This document shows positions 49,888-59,316 of a stretch of 64,000 nucleotides of DNA, in pieces. Location of the stretch: positions 80,219 to 144,218 of the forward strand of contig CAVOZZ010000012.1 of assembly GCA_963701505.1 (NCBI GenBank), written 5' to 3'. Positions within the stretch are counted from its first letter, which is position 1, and the number at the start of each line of letters is the position of its first letter. The DNA is from an uncultured Gammaproteobacteria bacterium (lineage in GTDB: Bacteria; Pseudomonadota; Gammaproteobacteria; UBA9214). The notes under the pieces were generated by a model, which did not search any database, was not told where the DNA came from, and saw nothing but the letters and a program-made list of their open reading frames with translations. Position numbers and translations under genes: made by a program.

Positions 49888-51234
49888 CTACCTGCTCTGC
49901 CGAGCTTGAAAGAGGTGATACCGCTCCACTACCCGCTTGCTGATTTCGCCCAGGTTCCAGCGCAGACCGATCGTAACCACGTTACCCAGGGCCTCTCCAT
50001 CAGTCAGGTGACCACCATCAAACTTCACATTTGCATAGATCATGTTCTGAAAACCATCATGTGAATAGCGCAGGCCGAGGACACCGTACTTGACTTCATA
50101 GTCACCACTCAAGGGGTCACTGTCAGGACGCAGGTAGTTCCAGCCGCCCGTCAACCATATCTTTTCACGTAGCTGGTATTGGCCGTATACCTCCCAGCCC
50201 CAGCCATCAAAGTACTTGCCCTGGTCCGTTGTTTGCTGGTTCAGCAAGCGTGATACCACGGTCCCCAGATACCATTTTTCACCAAACTGGCGGGTGCCCA
50301 CGAGGAGAGCATGTACATTGCCATCGAGTCCGGCCTCACGGATAGCGGGGTCATCACGGTCATTTATTTCCGCGAAGTTATAGGCAATCCCGAGCGAAAA
50401 ATCAGGCCTGATCTGGTGAATGCCGCTCAGGCCGACGGCCGTGCCGTAACGGGCACCATCGACAAGCGGAATGGGCTCACCCTGCTGCACCTGCAGGTTC
50501 AGGTTAAACGGTTTTATGCCAATGACCTCGGGTAATTTACCCATGTGCAGGCGTGTCTGTATGACGGACTGCGCCCGGCCCGTGCCGGTGGCACCGCCAT
50601 CCGTGCCCGCATTGTAGGCTCCGGATGCATCCCCGCCGGTACCGGCAAAGCGATCGGTAAAACCGGCCACCTTGTAATAGGTTGACCAGCTCTTGCCGTA
50701 TGTCAGGAAATAGCCGGGCGCTTCTAAACCGACATACAACAGGCGCTTGAAAAAACTGTTGCCGTCCTTCCCTTCCGGCGCGCTATCCTTGCTGTCGATC
50801 AGGAAATCCAGTTCACTCAGCAGATTGAAACCCAGCTCGGCGCGTCCGAAGACCTTCAGCTTTGGAAGCAACTGGTACTGCGCATCGGCACCCACCCGCG
50901 ATCCGCCGTCTGACAGTGCATAATCACTGCCATCGGTACTGCGAAATCGGAGGCGGTAGTTTCCATAGAGACTGTAATCATATTTTTTGACTGCAGGCTG
51001 CACGGGTACCTCCAGGGTCTTGACCTCCTGCTCGCTCATGGGGTCTTCACTGGCGCCTGCCTCACGATCAACCGCCTCCTGCGTGGCGGCTATTTCAACC
51101 TCCGTAGGCTCATCTTTACTCGCAGCCGTGGACTGTCCATCCGCAGGGGACGCACCTGAAGCATCGGCAGGACTTGCGGCATGCAGTGTCCACGGTATTA
51201 GACACAGCGCCAGGCTGATGAGGAAAACTTTCAT
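49888..51234 (-). CDS. Porin-like outer-membrane beta-barrel protein with acidic N-terminal extension
   Basis: The signal peptide is MKVFLISLALCLIPWTLHA. Porin-like strands follow (YSLYGNYRLRF, RVGADAQYQL, LLYVGLEAPGYFLTYGKSWS, VTIGLRWNL). The 20-aa basic tail after the last strand is atypical. Confidence 0.7.
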   Translation of the reverse strand: MKVFLISLALCLIPWTLHAASPADASGASPADGQSTAASKDEPTEVEIAATQEAVDREAGASEDPMSEQEVKTLEVPVQPAVKKYDYSLYGNYRLRFRSTDGSDYALSDGGSRVGADAQYQLLPKLKVFGRAELGFNLLSELDFLIDSKDSAPEGKDGNSFFKRLLYVGLEAPGYFLTYGKSWSTYYKVAGFTDRFAGTGGDASGAYNAGTDGGATGTGRAQSVIQTRLHMGKLPEVIGIKPFNLNLQVQQGEPIPLVDGARYGTAVGLSGIHQIRPDFSLGIAYNFAEINDRDDPAIREAGLDGNVHALLVGTRQFGEKWYLGTVVSRLLNQQTTDQGKYFDGWGWEVYGQYQLREKIWLTGGWNYLRPDSDPLSGDYEVKYGVLGLRYSHDGFQNMIYANVKFDGGHLTDGEALGNVVTIGLRWNLGEISKRVVERYHLFQARQSR

Positions 51235-51244
51235 GCCGGTGCGT

Positions 51245-51676
51245 TCATGACAGGCTCTTCAGCATGCGCCGGTGCAGGATGCCGGCATCAATAAACGGCT
51301 CTCCACTCTCCACAAAGCCGAATCGTGTATAGAACGGCACTGCGCTGATCTGTGCGTGCAGGAAGACAAGGGTATACCCCTGTTCACGGGCATATTCCAG
51401 TAACGCTGCCAGCATCGCCGCACCGACACCCTGCCCGCGGCAGTCTTTTACTACGGCCATTCTGCCGATGTGGCCATCCGCTTTGATTCTGCCGGCACCG
51501 ACAGGCCGCCCCCGCACATCGGTCACCAGCACATGGTGACAGTGCGAATCGTGCTCGTCCAGCTCGAGTGCTTTGGGGACCTGCTGCTCAACCACGAACA
51601 CCTGGCAGCGAACAGCAGTCAGCGAGCGTTTATATTCCTGCCAGCAACCCTCTGTCAGGTCGAACGATGAATTCAT
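51245..51676 (-). CDS. GNAT-family N-acetyltransferase
   Basis: The 143-aa ORF has an acetyl-CoA binding motif (RMAVVKDCRGQGVGAAMLAALLEYAREQG). Confidence 0.8.
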   Translation of the reverse strand: MNSSFDLTEGCWQEYKRSLTAVRCQVFVVEQQVPKALELDEHDSHCHHVLVTDVRGRPVGAGRIKADGHIGRMAVVKDCRGQGVGAAMLAALLEYAREQGYTLVFLHAQISAVPFYTRFGFVESGEPFIDAGILHRRMLKSLS

Positions 51677-51700
51677 CCCTTATAACAGCGACTGCAGTCG

Positions 51701-51901
51701 TCAGTTCCGTTCCTCTATCCACGCCATCTGAATCGCTTCCAGGATGCGTTCGCCACAATGTTGTGGATCATCGTCAAATTCATCAAGCGCCATGACCCAG
51801 TTGCGCAGATCGACAAAGTTCACATGAATGGGGTCTGCATCAGGGTGCTCCCCTTCAAGCTCAATGGCGATATCGAGGGTGTCAGTCCATTTCAGAGCCA
51901 T
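51701..51901 (-). CDS. iscX: Fe-S assembly protein IscX (YfhJ)
   Basis: MALKWTDTLDIAIELEGEHPDADPIHVNFVDLRNWV...FDDDP is a canonical IscX sequence. It lies downstream of fdx. Confidence 0.9.
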   Translation of the reverse strand: MALKWTDTLDIAIELEGEHPDADPIHVNFVDLRNWVMALDEFDDDPQHCGERILEAIQMAWIEERN

Positions 51902-51916
51902 TTCTACTCCTGAGGT

Positions 51917-52255
51917 TTAGTGATTTTCACTGACCATATTAATCGTGTATTTCGGTATTTCCACAACCAGGTCCTGGTCCGCGACAATGGCCTGGCAACT
52001 CAGGCGCGAGTCCGGATCCAGTCCCCAGGCCTTGTCGAGGAGGTCATCCTCGTCTTCATCGGACTCATTCAGCGACCCGGAACCTTCCCGAATATACACA
52101 TGGCAGGTGGTACAGGCACAGGATTTCTCGCAGGCATGCTCGATCTCGATGCCGTTTTTCAGTGCCGCGTCACAAATGCTGGTACCGGGTTCGGCATCGA
52201 TCACGGCGCCATCCGGGCAGATTTCCTCATGTGGCAGAAAAATAATTTGCGGCAT
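51917..52255 (-). CDS. fdx: ISC-type [2Fe-2S] ferredoxin
   Basis: The sequence is MPQIIFLPHEEICPDG...IEHACEKSCACTTCHVYI...SRLSCQ. Confidence 0.93.
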   Translation of the reverse strand: MPQIIFLPHEEICPDGAVIDAEPGTSICDAALKNGIEIEHACEKSCACTTCHVYIREGSGSLNESDEDEDDLLDKAWGLDPDSRLSCQAIVADQDLVVEIPKYTINMVSENH

Positions 52256-52342
52256 AACGGCTGTCTCAATTAGTGGTCAGATAAAAATGAGCGGTACCAC
52301 CCCACTCTTCCGGGGCAGTTCGCAGCAGTATCGGAGCGATAT

Positions 52343-54223
52343 TCAGGAGGGGTTGAATTCATCAAGCTTGTGTCCGGCCATCGCCTTGCGAATACTGCGG
52401 TTCATGCGCCGTTCGACATAGGTACTGCTGGCCTTTTCAACGACCTCAATTGCACGTTTAATGGCACGATAATCATCACCGCGGCGCTGCTCATCAAGCA
52501 GTTTTGCCGCTGCATCAATGGCGTTGCGTTCTGCCTCGTCCAGCAGCTCGTCACCATCAGCGGCCAATGCAGAATGCAGCGCCTCCAGCACCCGGTCTGC
52601 CTCAACCTGTTCCTCGCGCAGCCGCCGGGCATCGCGATCAGCGGCTGCAGAAGTCATGGACTCCCTGAGCATGGTCTCGATTTCGCCATCACTTAGTCCG
52701 TAAGACGGCTTGACATCGATACTGCTGCTAACGCCCTGGGTCTGTTCCTCAGCCGTTACATTCAGCAAGCCATCAGCATCGACCTGAAACGTTACCTTGA
52801 TGCGGGCAGCACCGGCCACCATTGGCGGGATATTCCGTAATTCAAACCTTGCCAGAGAGCGGCAATCCTCCACCAGCTCGCGTTCCCCCTGTACCACGTG
52901 CAACGACATCGCGGTCTGGCCATCCTTGAAGGTGGTAAATTCCTGGGCACGCGCAACCGGAATGGTGCTGTTGCGGGGGATAATTTTTTCTGTCAGGCCA
53001 CCCATGGTTTCAATGCCCAGCGACAGCGGGATAACATCCAGTAACAACATCTCATCATCAGGCTTGTTGCCTGCCAGGATATCCGCCTGAATGGCCGCAC
53101 CGACAGCGACCACCTTGTCGGGATCGATATCGATCATGGGTTCGGCAGCAAAGAATTCGGCAACCCCCTGGCGTACCAGTGGCACACGGGTAGCCCCGCC
53201 AACCATGACCACTGACTTGATGCTACTGGCGCGTATGCCTGCATCACGTAACGCACGACGGCAGGGGCCAAGTGTTCTGTCCAGCAGCGGTGAGATCAAT
53301 GCATTAAACTGTTGGCGGGACAGCTGACCTTTCCAGATTGTGCCATCTTCAAGTACAAGTTCAATTGCGCTTACCGAGTGCGCAGACAGGTCTTCCTTCG
53401 CCGCTCGTGCAACCTGCATCAGGCGGCGCATGTCTACATGACCCGCATCAGTCCCCATGCCAGCCTGCTGCATAATCCAGTCAGCCACCAGGCGGTCCAT
53501 GTCATCACCGCCAAGCGCGGTGTCACCCGCTGTGGCCATGACTTCAAATACCCCCTTGTTGAGTCGCAAAATCGAAACATCAAAGGTACCGCCACCCAGG
53601 TCGTAGATTGCAATCACACCTTCCGAACCCTGGTCCAGCCCGTAGGCAACTGCTGCGGCAGTCGGCTCGTTAAGCAAGCGCATAACATTCAGACCCGCCA
53701 GTCGACCCGCATCCTTGGTGGCCTGCCGCTGTGCATCATCAAAATATGCGGGCACCGTTACCACGACTCCGCTGAGTTCCCCGCCGAGGGTCTCTTCCGC
53801 ACGTGTCTTGAGTACACGCAGGATTTCTGCCGATACCTCGACCGGGCTGAGATCACCCGCCGCGGTATGCAATAACGGCATGCCACTGGACCCGGGCACA
53901 AATTCATAGGGCAGATACTCGCCAATGCCTTTCACATCCTCTACACCACGCCCCATCAGGCGCTTCACAGAGGCAATGGTGTTCAGCGGGTCTTCGGTTG
54001 CCGCGGCGAGTGCATCATGACCGACAATCACCTGGCCATCGGCCTGATAGCGCACCACCGATGGCAACAGGTGGCGACCTTCCAGGTCCGGCAGGGTTTC
54101 AGCCACACCGCTGCGGACAGTGGCAATCAGCGAGTTGGTAGTGCCCAGGTCGATACCTGCCGCGAGCCGATGCTGGTGCGGGGCGCTGGATTGACCGGGT
54201 TCTGATATTTGTAAAAGTGCCAT
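52343..54223 (-). CDS. hscA: Fe-S cluster assembly chaperone HscA (Hsp70 family)
   Basis: Intact 626-aa ORF with [12 protein letters not shown]...[12 protein letters not shown]...[12 protein letters not shown]. Confidence 0.96.
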   Translation of the reverse strand: MALLQISEPGQSSAPHQHRLAAGIDLGTTNSLIATVRSGVAETLPDLEGRHLLPSVVRYQADGQVIVGHDALAAATEDPLNTIASVKRLMGRGVEDVKGIGEYLPYEFVPGSSGMPLLHTAAGDLSPVEVSAEILRVLKTRAEETLGGELSGVVVTVPAYFDDAQRQATKDAGRLAGLNVMRLLNEPTAAAVAYGLDQGSEGVIAIYDLGGGTFDVSILRLNKGVFEVMATAGDTALGGDDMDRLVADWIMQQAGMGTDAGHVDMRRLMQVARAAKEDLSAHSVSAIELVLEDGTIWKGQLSRQQFNALISPLLDRTLGPCRRALRDAGIRASSIKSVVMVGGATRVPLVRQGVAEFFAAEPMIDIDPDKVVAVGAAIQADILAGNKPDDEMLLLDVIPLSLGIETMGGLTEKIIPRNSTIPVARAQEFTTFKDGQTAMSLHVVQGERELVEDCRSLARFELRNIPPMVAGAARIKVTFQVDADGLLNVTAEEQTQGVSSSIDVKPSYGLSDGEIETMLRESMTSAAADRDARRLREEQVEADRVLEALHSALAADGDELLDEAERNAIDAAAKLLDEQRRGDDYRAIKRAIEVVEKASSTYVERRMNRSIRKAMAGHKLDEFNPS

Positions 54224-54255
54224 GGTGAATAAGCCCTATCTGCTTACTAATAACC

Positions 54256-54276
54256 CCCCTCCCGTCGGCAGAGGGG
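54256..54276. repeat. REP-like hairpin in the hscB-hscA spacer
   Basis: The hairpin is CCCCTC-ccgtcggca-GAGGGG. Its style matches the hairpins at 12875-12970. Confidence 0.45.
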
Positions 54277-54325
54277 ATGCCTCGTTGAGATGATGAGGCC
54301 TGACATTTGCATACTGCGCTCGCTG

Positions 54326-54880
54326 TTAACCCGCAAGATCGTCCTCCAGTTCCAGCTCCAGTTCCATGGCCTCATCCTGCAGTTTGCGGTAGAACTGCAT
54401 CTTTGTGAGGCTGTCTGCGGCCAGCTCAAGACTGGCCACATCCCCGGCACTGAACTGCTGCTGCAAACCACTGGACAGTCGTGCGATATCATCCGCAATC
54501 CGCTCCATAATCACGCCCAGTTCAGCAAAGGCATCGGCAGCATTGCGTACTTCACCCAGGGCCTCGTGCAACTCCATCTGCTCCATCAGGAAGTTGATAT
54601 CGCTGTTCGTGTGGTGTTCATCATCGAAGCGGCGGCCAGCCAGTTGCAGCAGGTAGCGGCCACGTTTCAACGGATCCTTCAGGATCTGATAGCCCTCGTT
54701 GATCAGCGTTGCCTGTTGCATGGAAATGCGACGCTCCTGATCAGTGGCATTCGCGAACCGGTCGGGATGCACGGCACGCTGACTGTCGCGATAGCGTTCA
54801 TGCAGCAGATCGAGATCCACATCATAGGACTGCGGCAGACCGAAACGCTCAAAGTGGGTTGTGGAATGATCCGCAGCCAT
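54326..54880 (-). CDS. hscB: Fe-S co-chaperone HscB (J-domain)
   Basis: The J-domain includes HPD (RAVHPDRF). The C-terminal helical domain follows. Length is 184 aa. Confidence 0.92.
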   Translation of the reverse strand: MAADHSTTHFERFGLPQSYDVDLDLLHERYRDSQRAVHPDRFANATDQERRISMQQATLINEGYQILKDPLKRGRYLLQLAGRRFDDEHHTNSDINFLMEQMELHEALGEVRNAADAFAELGVIMERIADDIARLSSGLQQQFSAGDVASLELAADSLTKMQFYRKLQDEAMELELELEDDLAG

Positions 54881-54927
54881 GTGGGCAACCAGCAGGAAAC
54901 AAGACAGTAGTCAGCTACAGGCTGACA

Positions 54928-55251
54928 TCAGACGTTAAAACTTTCCCCGCAGCCACACATATCCTTGACATTGGGGTTGTTGAACTTGAAGCCCTCGTTC
55001 AGCCCTTCCTTCGCATAATCGAGCTCGGTACCGTCAAGGTACACCAGGCTCTTTGGATTGATCAGTACCTTGACGCCCTGGTCTTCAAATACCACATCAT
55101 CCTCTTCAACCTGGTCAGCGAACTCCATGACATAGGCCATACCGGAACAGCCGGTTGTTTTCACGGCAAGTCGCAGCCCTACTCCATTGCCGCGTTTCTC
55201 GATAAATGCCCTGACCCGTTCGGCCGCTGCTGCTGTTAACGTAATCGCCAT
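54928..55251 (-). CDS. iscA: Iron-sulfur cluster insertion protein IscA
   Basis: The sequence is [17 protein letters not shown]...[16 protein letters not shown]...CGCGESFNV. It starts 11 nt after the iscS stop. Confidence 0.93.
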   Translation of the reverse strand: MAITLTAAAAERVRAFIEKRGNGVGLRLAVKTTGCSGMAYVMEFADQVEEDDVVFEDQGVKVLINPKSLVYLDGTELDYAKEGLNEGFKFNNPNVKDMCGCGESFNV

Positions 55252-55262
55252 GATCGCACCTG

Positions 55263-56483
55263 CTAGTGAGCGGCCCACTTGACCGAATCCAGATCAATGC
55301 CTTCCTTGAACATATCCCATAGCGGTGACAGATCACGCAGCTTGTTGACCTTTTCCCTCAGCAGACTGGCCACGTAATCGATCTCCTCTTCCGTGGTAAA
55401 GCGACCGATGGTAAAGCGTATGGAACTGTGCGCAAGCTCATCGTTACGTCCCAGTGCCCGCAACACATAGGAAGGTTCGAGACTGGAGCTGGTGCACGCC
55501 GAGCCTGAAGACACAGCCATATCCTTCAGTGCCATAATGAGGCTTTCGCCTTCAACGAAGTTGAAGCTGACATTCAGATTACCCGGAACGCGGTGCTCCA
55601 TGTCGCCATTGAGATAGACCTCTTCCATATCCTTCAGGGAATTCCAGAGCCGGTCACGCAGTGTGCGTATACGCGCCTCCTCTTCCACCATTTCCTCGCG
55701 TGCAATCCGGAAGGCCTCTCCCATGCCAACAATCTGGTGGGTCGGCAGCGTTCCGGAACGCAGGCCGCGTTCATGACCACCACCGTGCATCTGTGCCTCC
55801 AGGCGCACACGGGGTTTGCGGCGCACATACAGGGCACCGATTCCCTTGGGGCCGTAGATCTTGTGTGCCGAAAATGACATCAGGTCGACCTTCAGCGTTT
55901 CCATATCGATGGGAATCTTGCCGGCGCTCTGCGCGGCATCGACATGAAAAATAATATTGCGCTCGCGGCAGATCTCACCGATCGCTGCAATATCCTGGAT
56001 GACACCGATCTCGTTATTGACCTGCATAATAGACACCAGCACGGTATCACCACGCAATACAGCTTCGAACTTTTGCAGATCCAGCAGGCCGCTGGGTTCT
56101 GGGTCCATATAGGTCACTTCATAACCCTCACGTTCCAGCTGCCGGCAGGAATCCAGCACAGCCTTGTGTTCGGTCTTCAGGGTTACGATGTGCTTGCCTT
56201 TTTTCTGGTAAAAGTGCGCGGCACCCTTGATGGCGAGGTTATTCGATTCAGTAGCGCCCGAGGTCCAGATAATTTCCTTCGGATTGGCATTGATCAGCTG
56301 TGCCACATCCTTGCGCGCCTGCTCCACGGCTTCCTCGGCCTTCCAGCCAAATTCATGCGAGCGTGAAGCCGGGTTACCAAACTGTCCCTGGCGCGTGAGG
56401 TAGGTACACATTTTCTCCGCGACACGCTCGTCAACCGGCGTGGTGGCAGAGTAGTCCATGTAGATCGGTATGCTAAGGTTCAT
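55263..56483 (-). CDS. iscS: Cysteine desulfurase IscS
   Basis: Intact 406-aa ORF with [12 protein letters not shown]...[13 protein letters not shown]...[14 protein letters not shown]...SSGSACTS. Confidence 0.96.
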   Translation of the reverse strand: MNLSIPIYMDYSATTPVDERVAEKMCTYLTRQGQFGNPASRSHEFGWKAEEAVEQARKDVAQLINANPKEIIWTSGATESNNLAIKGAAHFYQKKGKHIVTLKTEHKAVLDSCRQLEREGYEVTYMDPEPSGLLDLQKFEAVLRGDTVLVSIMQVNNEIGVIQDIAAIGEICRERNIIFHVDAAQSAGKIPIDMETLKVDLMSFSAHKIYGPKGIGALYVRRKPRVRLEAQMHGGGHERGLRSGTLPTHQIVGMGEAFRIAREEMVEEEARIRTLRDRLWNSLKDMEEVYLNGDMEHRVPGNLNVSFNFVEGESLIMALKDMAVSSGSACTSSSLEPSYVLRALGRNDELAHSSIRFTIGRFTTEEEIDYVASLLREKVNKLRDLSPLWDMFKEGIDLDSVKWAAH

Positions 56484-56514
56484 CGCAAATCACCTGTAAA
56501 AACTTCATTCAAAG

Positions 56515-57015
56515 TCAATAACCCGGCCGCTGCCTGGCGGCCGTATTGTTTAATGCGGGTTCAGCCACTGCAATTGCAAGACCGGACTGCTGACGTCTTA
56601 CCACGGCACTGACCTTGTCACGCCTGAGAAAACTGGCGAGTGTAATGCCATGCATGAATTCATGGATTTCGTTGCCCAGCCTTTCCCACAATGCGTGAGT
56701 CAAACAACGCTGGCCATCCTGGCAGTCCTCGCGGCCGCCGCACACGGTGGCATCAATGCCTTCACCGATGGCATTGATGACCTGCGCAATAGAAATATCC
56801 TCGGGTGAATGCGCCAGTCGGTAACCACCACCGGGACCACGCAAGCCTTCAACCAGACCGTCCTTTTTCAGGCGCACGAACAGCTGTTCCAGGTAGGACA
56901 GTGAAATGCCCTGCGTCTCGGAGATACCCGCCAGTGTCACCGGACCCTCGTCATAGTGAATCGCAAGATCCAGCATGGCAGTCACTGCATAACGCCCTTT
57001 GGTTGATAGCCGCAT
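56515..57015 (-). CDS. iscR: Fe-S cluster regulator IscR (Rrf2 family)
   Basis: The sequence MRLSTKGRYAVTAMLDLA...ISLSYLEQLF..L is followed by Cys ligands (CGGREDCQDGQRCLTH). Confidence 0.93.
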   Translation of the reverse strand: MRLSTKGRYAVTAMLDLAIHYDEGPVTLAGISETQGISLSYLEQLFVRLKKDGLVEGLRGPGGGYRLAHSPEDISIAQVINAIGEGIDATVCGGREDCQDGQRCLTHALWERLGNEIHEFMHGITLASFLRRDKVSAVVRRQQSGLAIAVAEPALNNTAARQRPGY

Positions 57016-57065
57016 GATGTTTACCCGTTAACACACCCGTAAGACTGTGGTAATCGGGTGAAATA

Positions 57066-57090
57066 ATAACCTACTAAATTGCTCAGGTAC
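57066..57090. promoter_or_regulatory. Possible IscR type-1 operator upstream of iscR
   Basis: ATAACCTACTAAATTGCTCAGGTAC matches the remembered type-1 consensus ATASYYGACTRWWWYAGTCRRSTAT at about 20 of 25 positions. It lies 50-75 nt upstream of the iscR start. Confidence 0.3.
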
Positions 57091-57163
57091 TAAGTATGCG
57101 GGAGACTCGGGGAACGAGCAAGGTTTTGGACCTGCTCAGAAGGGATATATGAAGCGGGGTACT

Positions 57164-57685
57164 TCAGGATTCTACACTTAACAGCGGTCTGTCCAGCGAC
57201 TCTGAAACACTGTCATCCAGCAGCATTACCTTGCCGGGGATGAAGCGGTGTCCTTGCATGAGACAATAACCCAACCATTTCTGCAGGAATCGATTCATGC
57301 GCCATTTTTCAGACAGGGTGTAACGGTTGTACATTCGATTGTAGACGGCGTGACGAACACCACGACGCCGTCCACAGGAAATTACCTCGCCCACCTGGGC
57401 ATCATGGTACATGCGTACCCGCATGTCAGGAGCCGGGAAGCTGCCTTCCTGGTCAGCAAAATAGTAGCTGAGATTGAGCGTGGTGGTGAACTTGCAGCGC
57501 TCGACGATACTCAGATGCAGATCCAGTACACCGTCGACACGTGAGACCACATGGTCAGACATGGCATCAAGTTCCGGCACCAGGTTGCGCAGGCGGATGT
57601 AATTGCACTCATATAACTCCATCAGCCCCGCGAAGTTATGTGCGGGTATGCCGTTGTATAAAAAGTGTGTCTCTGTGCAATGCAT
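57164..57685 (-). CDS. DUF1249 (YqiB-like) protein
   Basis: The pattern LMELYECNYIRLRNLVP...VRMYHDAQVGEVI...NRFLQKWLGYCLMQGHRF parallels E. coli YqiB. Confidence 0.75.
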   Translation of the reverse strand: MHCTETHFLYNGIPAHNFAGLMELYECNYIRLRNLVPELDAMSDHVVSRVDGVLDLHLSIVERCKFTTTLNLSYYFADQEGSFPAPDMRVRMYHDAQVGEVISCGRRRGVRHAVYNRMYNRYTLSEKWRMNRFLQKWLGYCLMQGHRFIPGKVMLLDDSVSESLDRPLLSVES

Positions 57686-57814
57686 GTCAGAATCATATCA
57701 CGTTAACGAGTATCTGCTTAAAAATTACAGGCCGTATAGAATGCTGGTATTTGAACGGCTATCGGCGATAATTAACGGATCTTAATCAGGCCCAACGCTT
57801 GACACAATCCTGTT

Positions 57815-59272
57815 TTGATGTCACAAAAAAATATTACAAGTGCATTGCGCAAGCATCTGCCGGAAGACTGTGTACTCACACAGCCGGAAGAGTTACGACC
57901 TTATGAATGCGATGCATTGTCAGCCTATCGGCAACTGCCCATGGTCGTTGTCATTCCCGACACATTCGATCAGGTGCGGTCGGTCTTGCGACTGTGCAGT
58001 GAACACAAGGTACCTGTGGTTGCGCGTGGCTCGGGTACAGGACTCTCCGGTGGCGCCATGCCACTGGAAAATGGTGTATTGCTAAGCCTCGCACGATTTA
58101 ACCGCATCCTCGACATCGATGTACACAACCGCGTTGCGCGGGTGCAACCCGGTGTTACCAACCTGTCGATTTCCAATGCAGTTGCTGACGATGGCCTGTA
58201 TTACGCGCCTGACCCGTCCTCGCAAATTGCCTGTTCCATCGGCGGCAACGTCGCCGAGAATGCCGGCGGGGTTCATTGCCTCAAATACGGCCTGACAACA
58301 CACAACATACAGGCGCTTGAGGTGCTCACCATGGATGGCACACACTTGACCATCGGCGGACAGGCACTGGACGCGCCCGGTTATGATTTGCTCGCACTGA
58401 TGACGGGATCTGAAGGGTTGCTGGGAGTCATCACCGAGGTCACCGTCAAACTGTTACCCCGGCCCGACATTGCACAGGTGGTCATGGCCGCGTTCGACTC
58501 TGTCGATGCTGCCGGTGCGGGTGTTACGGCGGTTATTGCCAGCGGCATTATCCCGGCCGGTCTGGAACTGCTCGACAAACCGGCCATCGACGCCGTCGAA
58601 AAGTTCATCCACACCGGTTACCCTAAACACGCGGCAGCCATCCTGTTATGCGAACTGGACGGCACACAGGCAGACGTGACAGCACAGATTGAACGCGTCA
58701 ACCGGGTATTCACAGAAGCCGGCGCTATTGATTTGCAGGTGTCGCACAACGAAGCAGAGCGCCAGCGTTTCTGGGCCGGCAGGAAAGCGGCCTTCCCGGC
58801 CATGGGCAGGCTGTCACCGGACTACTATTGCATGGACGGCACCATCCCGCGCAAGCACCTGGCCCATGTGCTGAATCAAATCAGCACCCTGTCAGAAGCC
58901 TATGGCCTGCCCATTTGCAACGTCTTTCATGCCGGTGACGGCAATCTGCACCCGCTGATTCTCTACGATGCCAACAAGGCAGGCGAACTGGAACGTACCG
59001 AAGAACTGGGCGGGAAGATTCTCGAATTATGTGTCGAGGTTGGTGGTACGATTACCGGCGAGCACGGTGTTGGACTGGAAAAAATCAACCAGATGTGCGT
59101 GCAGTTCAATGCTGCCGAACTGCAGCAGTTTCACGCCATCAAGTCCGCTTTTGATGCTGATAATCTATTGAATCCCGGCAAGGCTATCCCTACCCTGCAC
59201 CGCTGCGCCGAATTCGGCGCCATGCATGTGCATCACGGGGCATTACCACATCCCGGGCTTGAACGGTTTTAA
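57815..59272 (+). CDS. glcD: Glycolate oxidase subunit GlcD (FAD-linked)
   Basis: The 485-aa ORF has an FAD_binding_4 domain (VVARGSGTGLSGGA) and a C-terminal GEHGVGLEK. glcE and glcF follow. Confidence 0.9.
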   Translation: MMSQKNITSALRKHLPEDCVLTQPEELRPYECDALSAYRQLPMVVVIPDTFDQVRSVLRLCSEHKVPVVARGSGTGLSGGAMPLENGVLLSLARFNRILDIDVHNRVARVQPGVTNLSISNAVADDGLYYAPDPSSQIACSIGGNVAENAGGVHCLKYGLTTHNIQALEVLTMDGTHLTIGGQALDAPGYDLLALMTGSEGLLGVITEVTVKLLPRPDIAQVVMAAFDSVDAAGAGVTAVIASGIIPAGLELLDKPAIDAVEKFIHTGYPKHAAAILLCELDGTQADVTAQIERVNRVFTEAGAIDLQVSHNEAERQRFWAGRKAAFPAMGRLSPDYYCMDGTIPRKHLAHVLNQISTLSEAYGLPICNVFHAGDGNLHPLILYDANKAGELERTEELGGKILELCVEVGGTITGEHGVGLEKINQMCVQFNAAELQQFHAIKSAFDADNLLNPGKAIPTLHRCAEFGAMHVHHGALPHPGLERF

Positions 59273-59316
59273 CTCCTGCGCAAGCAACCATACATACCGG
59301 CTCTATATCCAATCTG

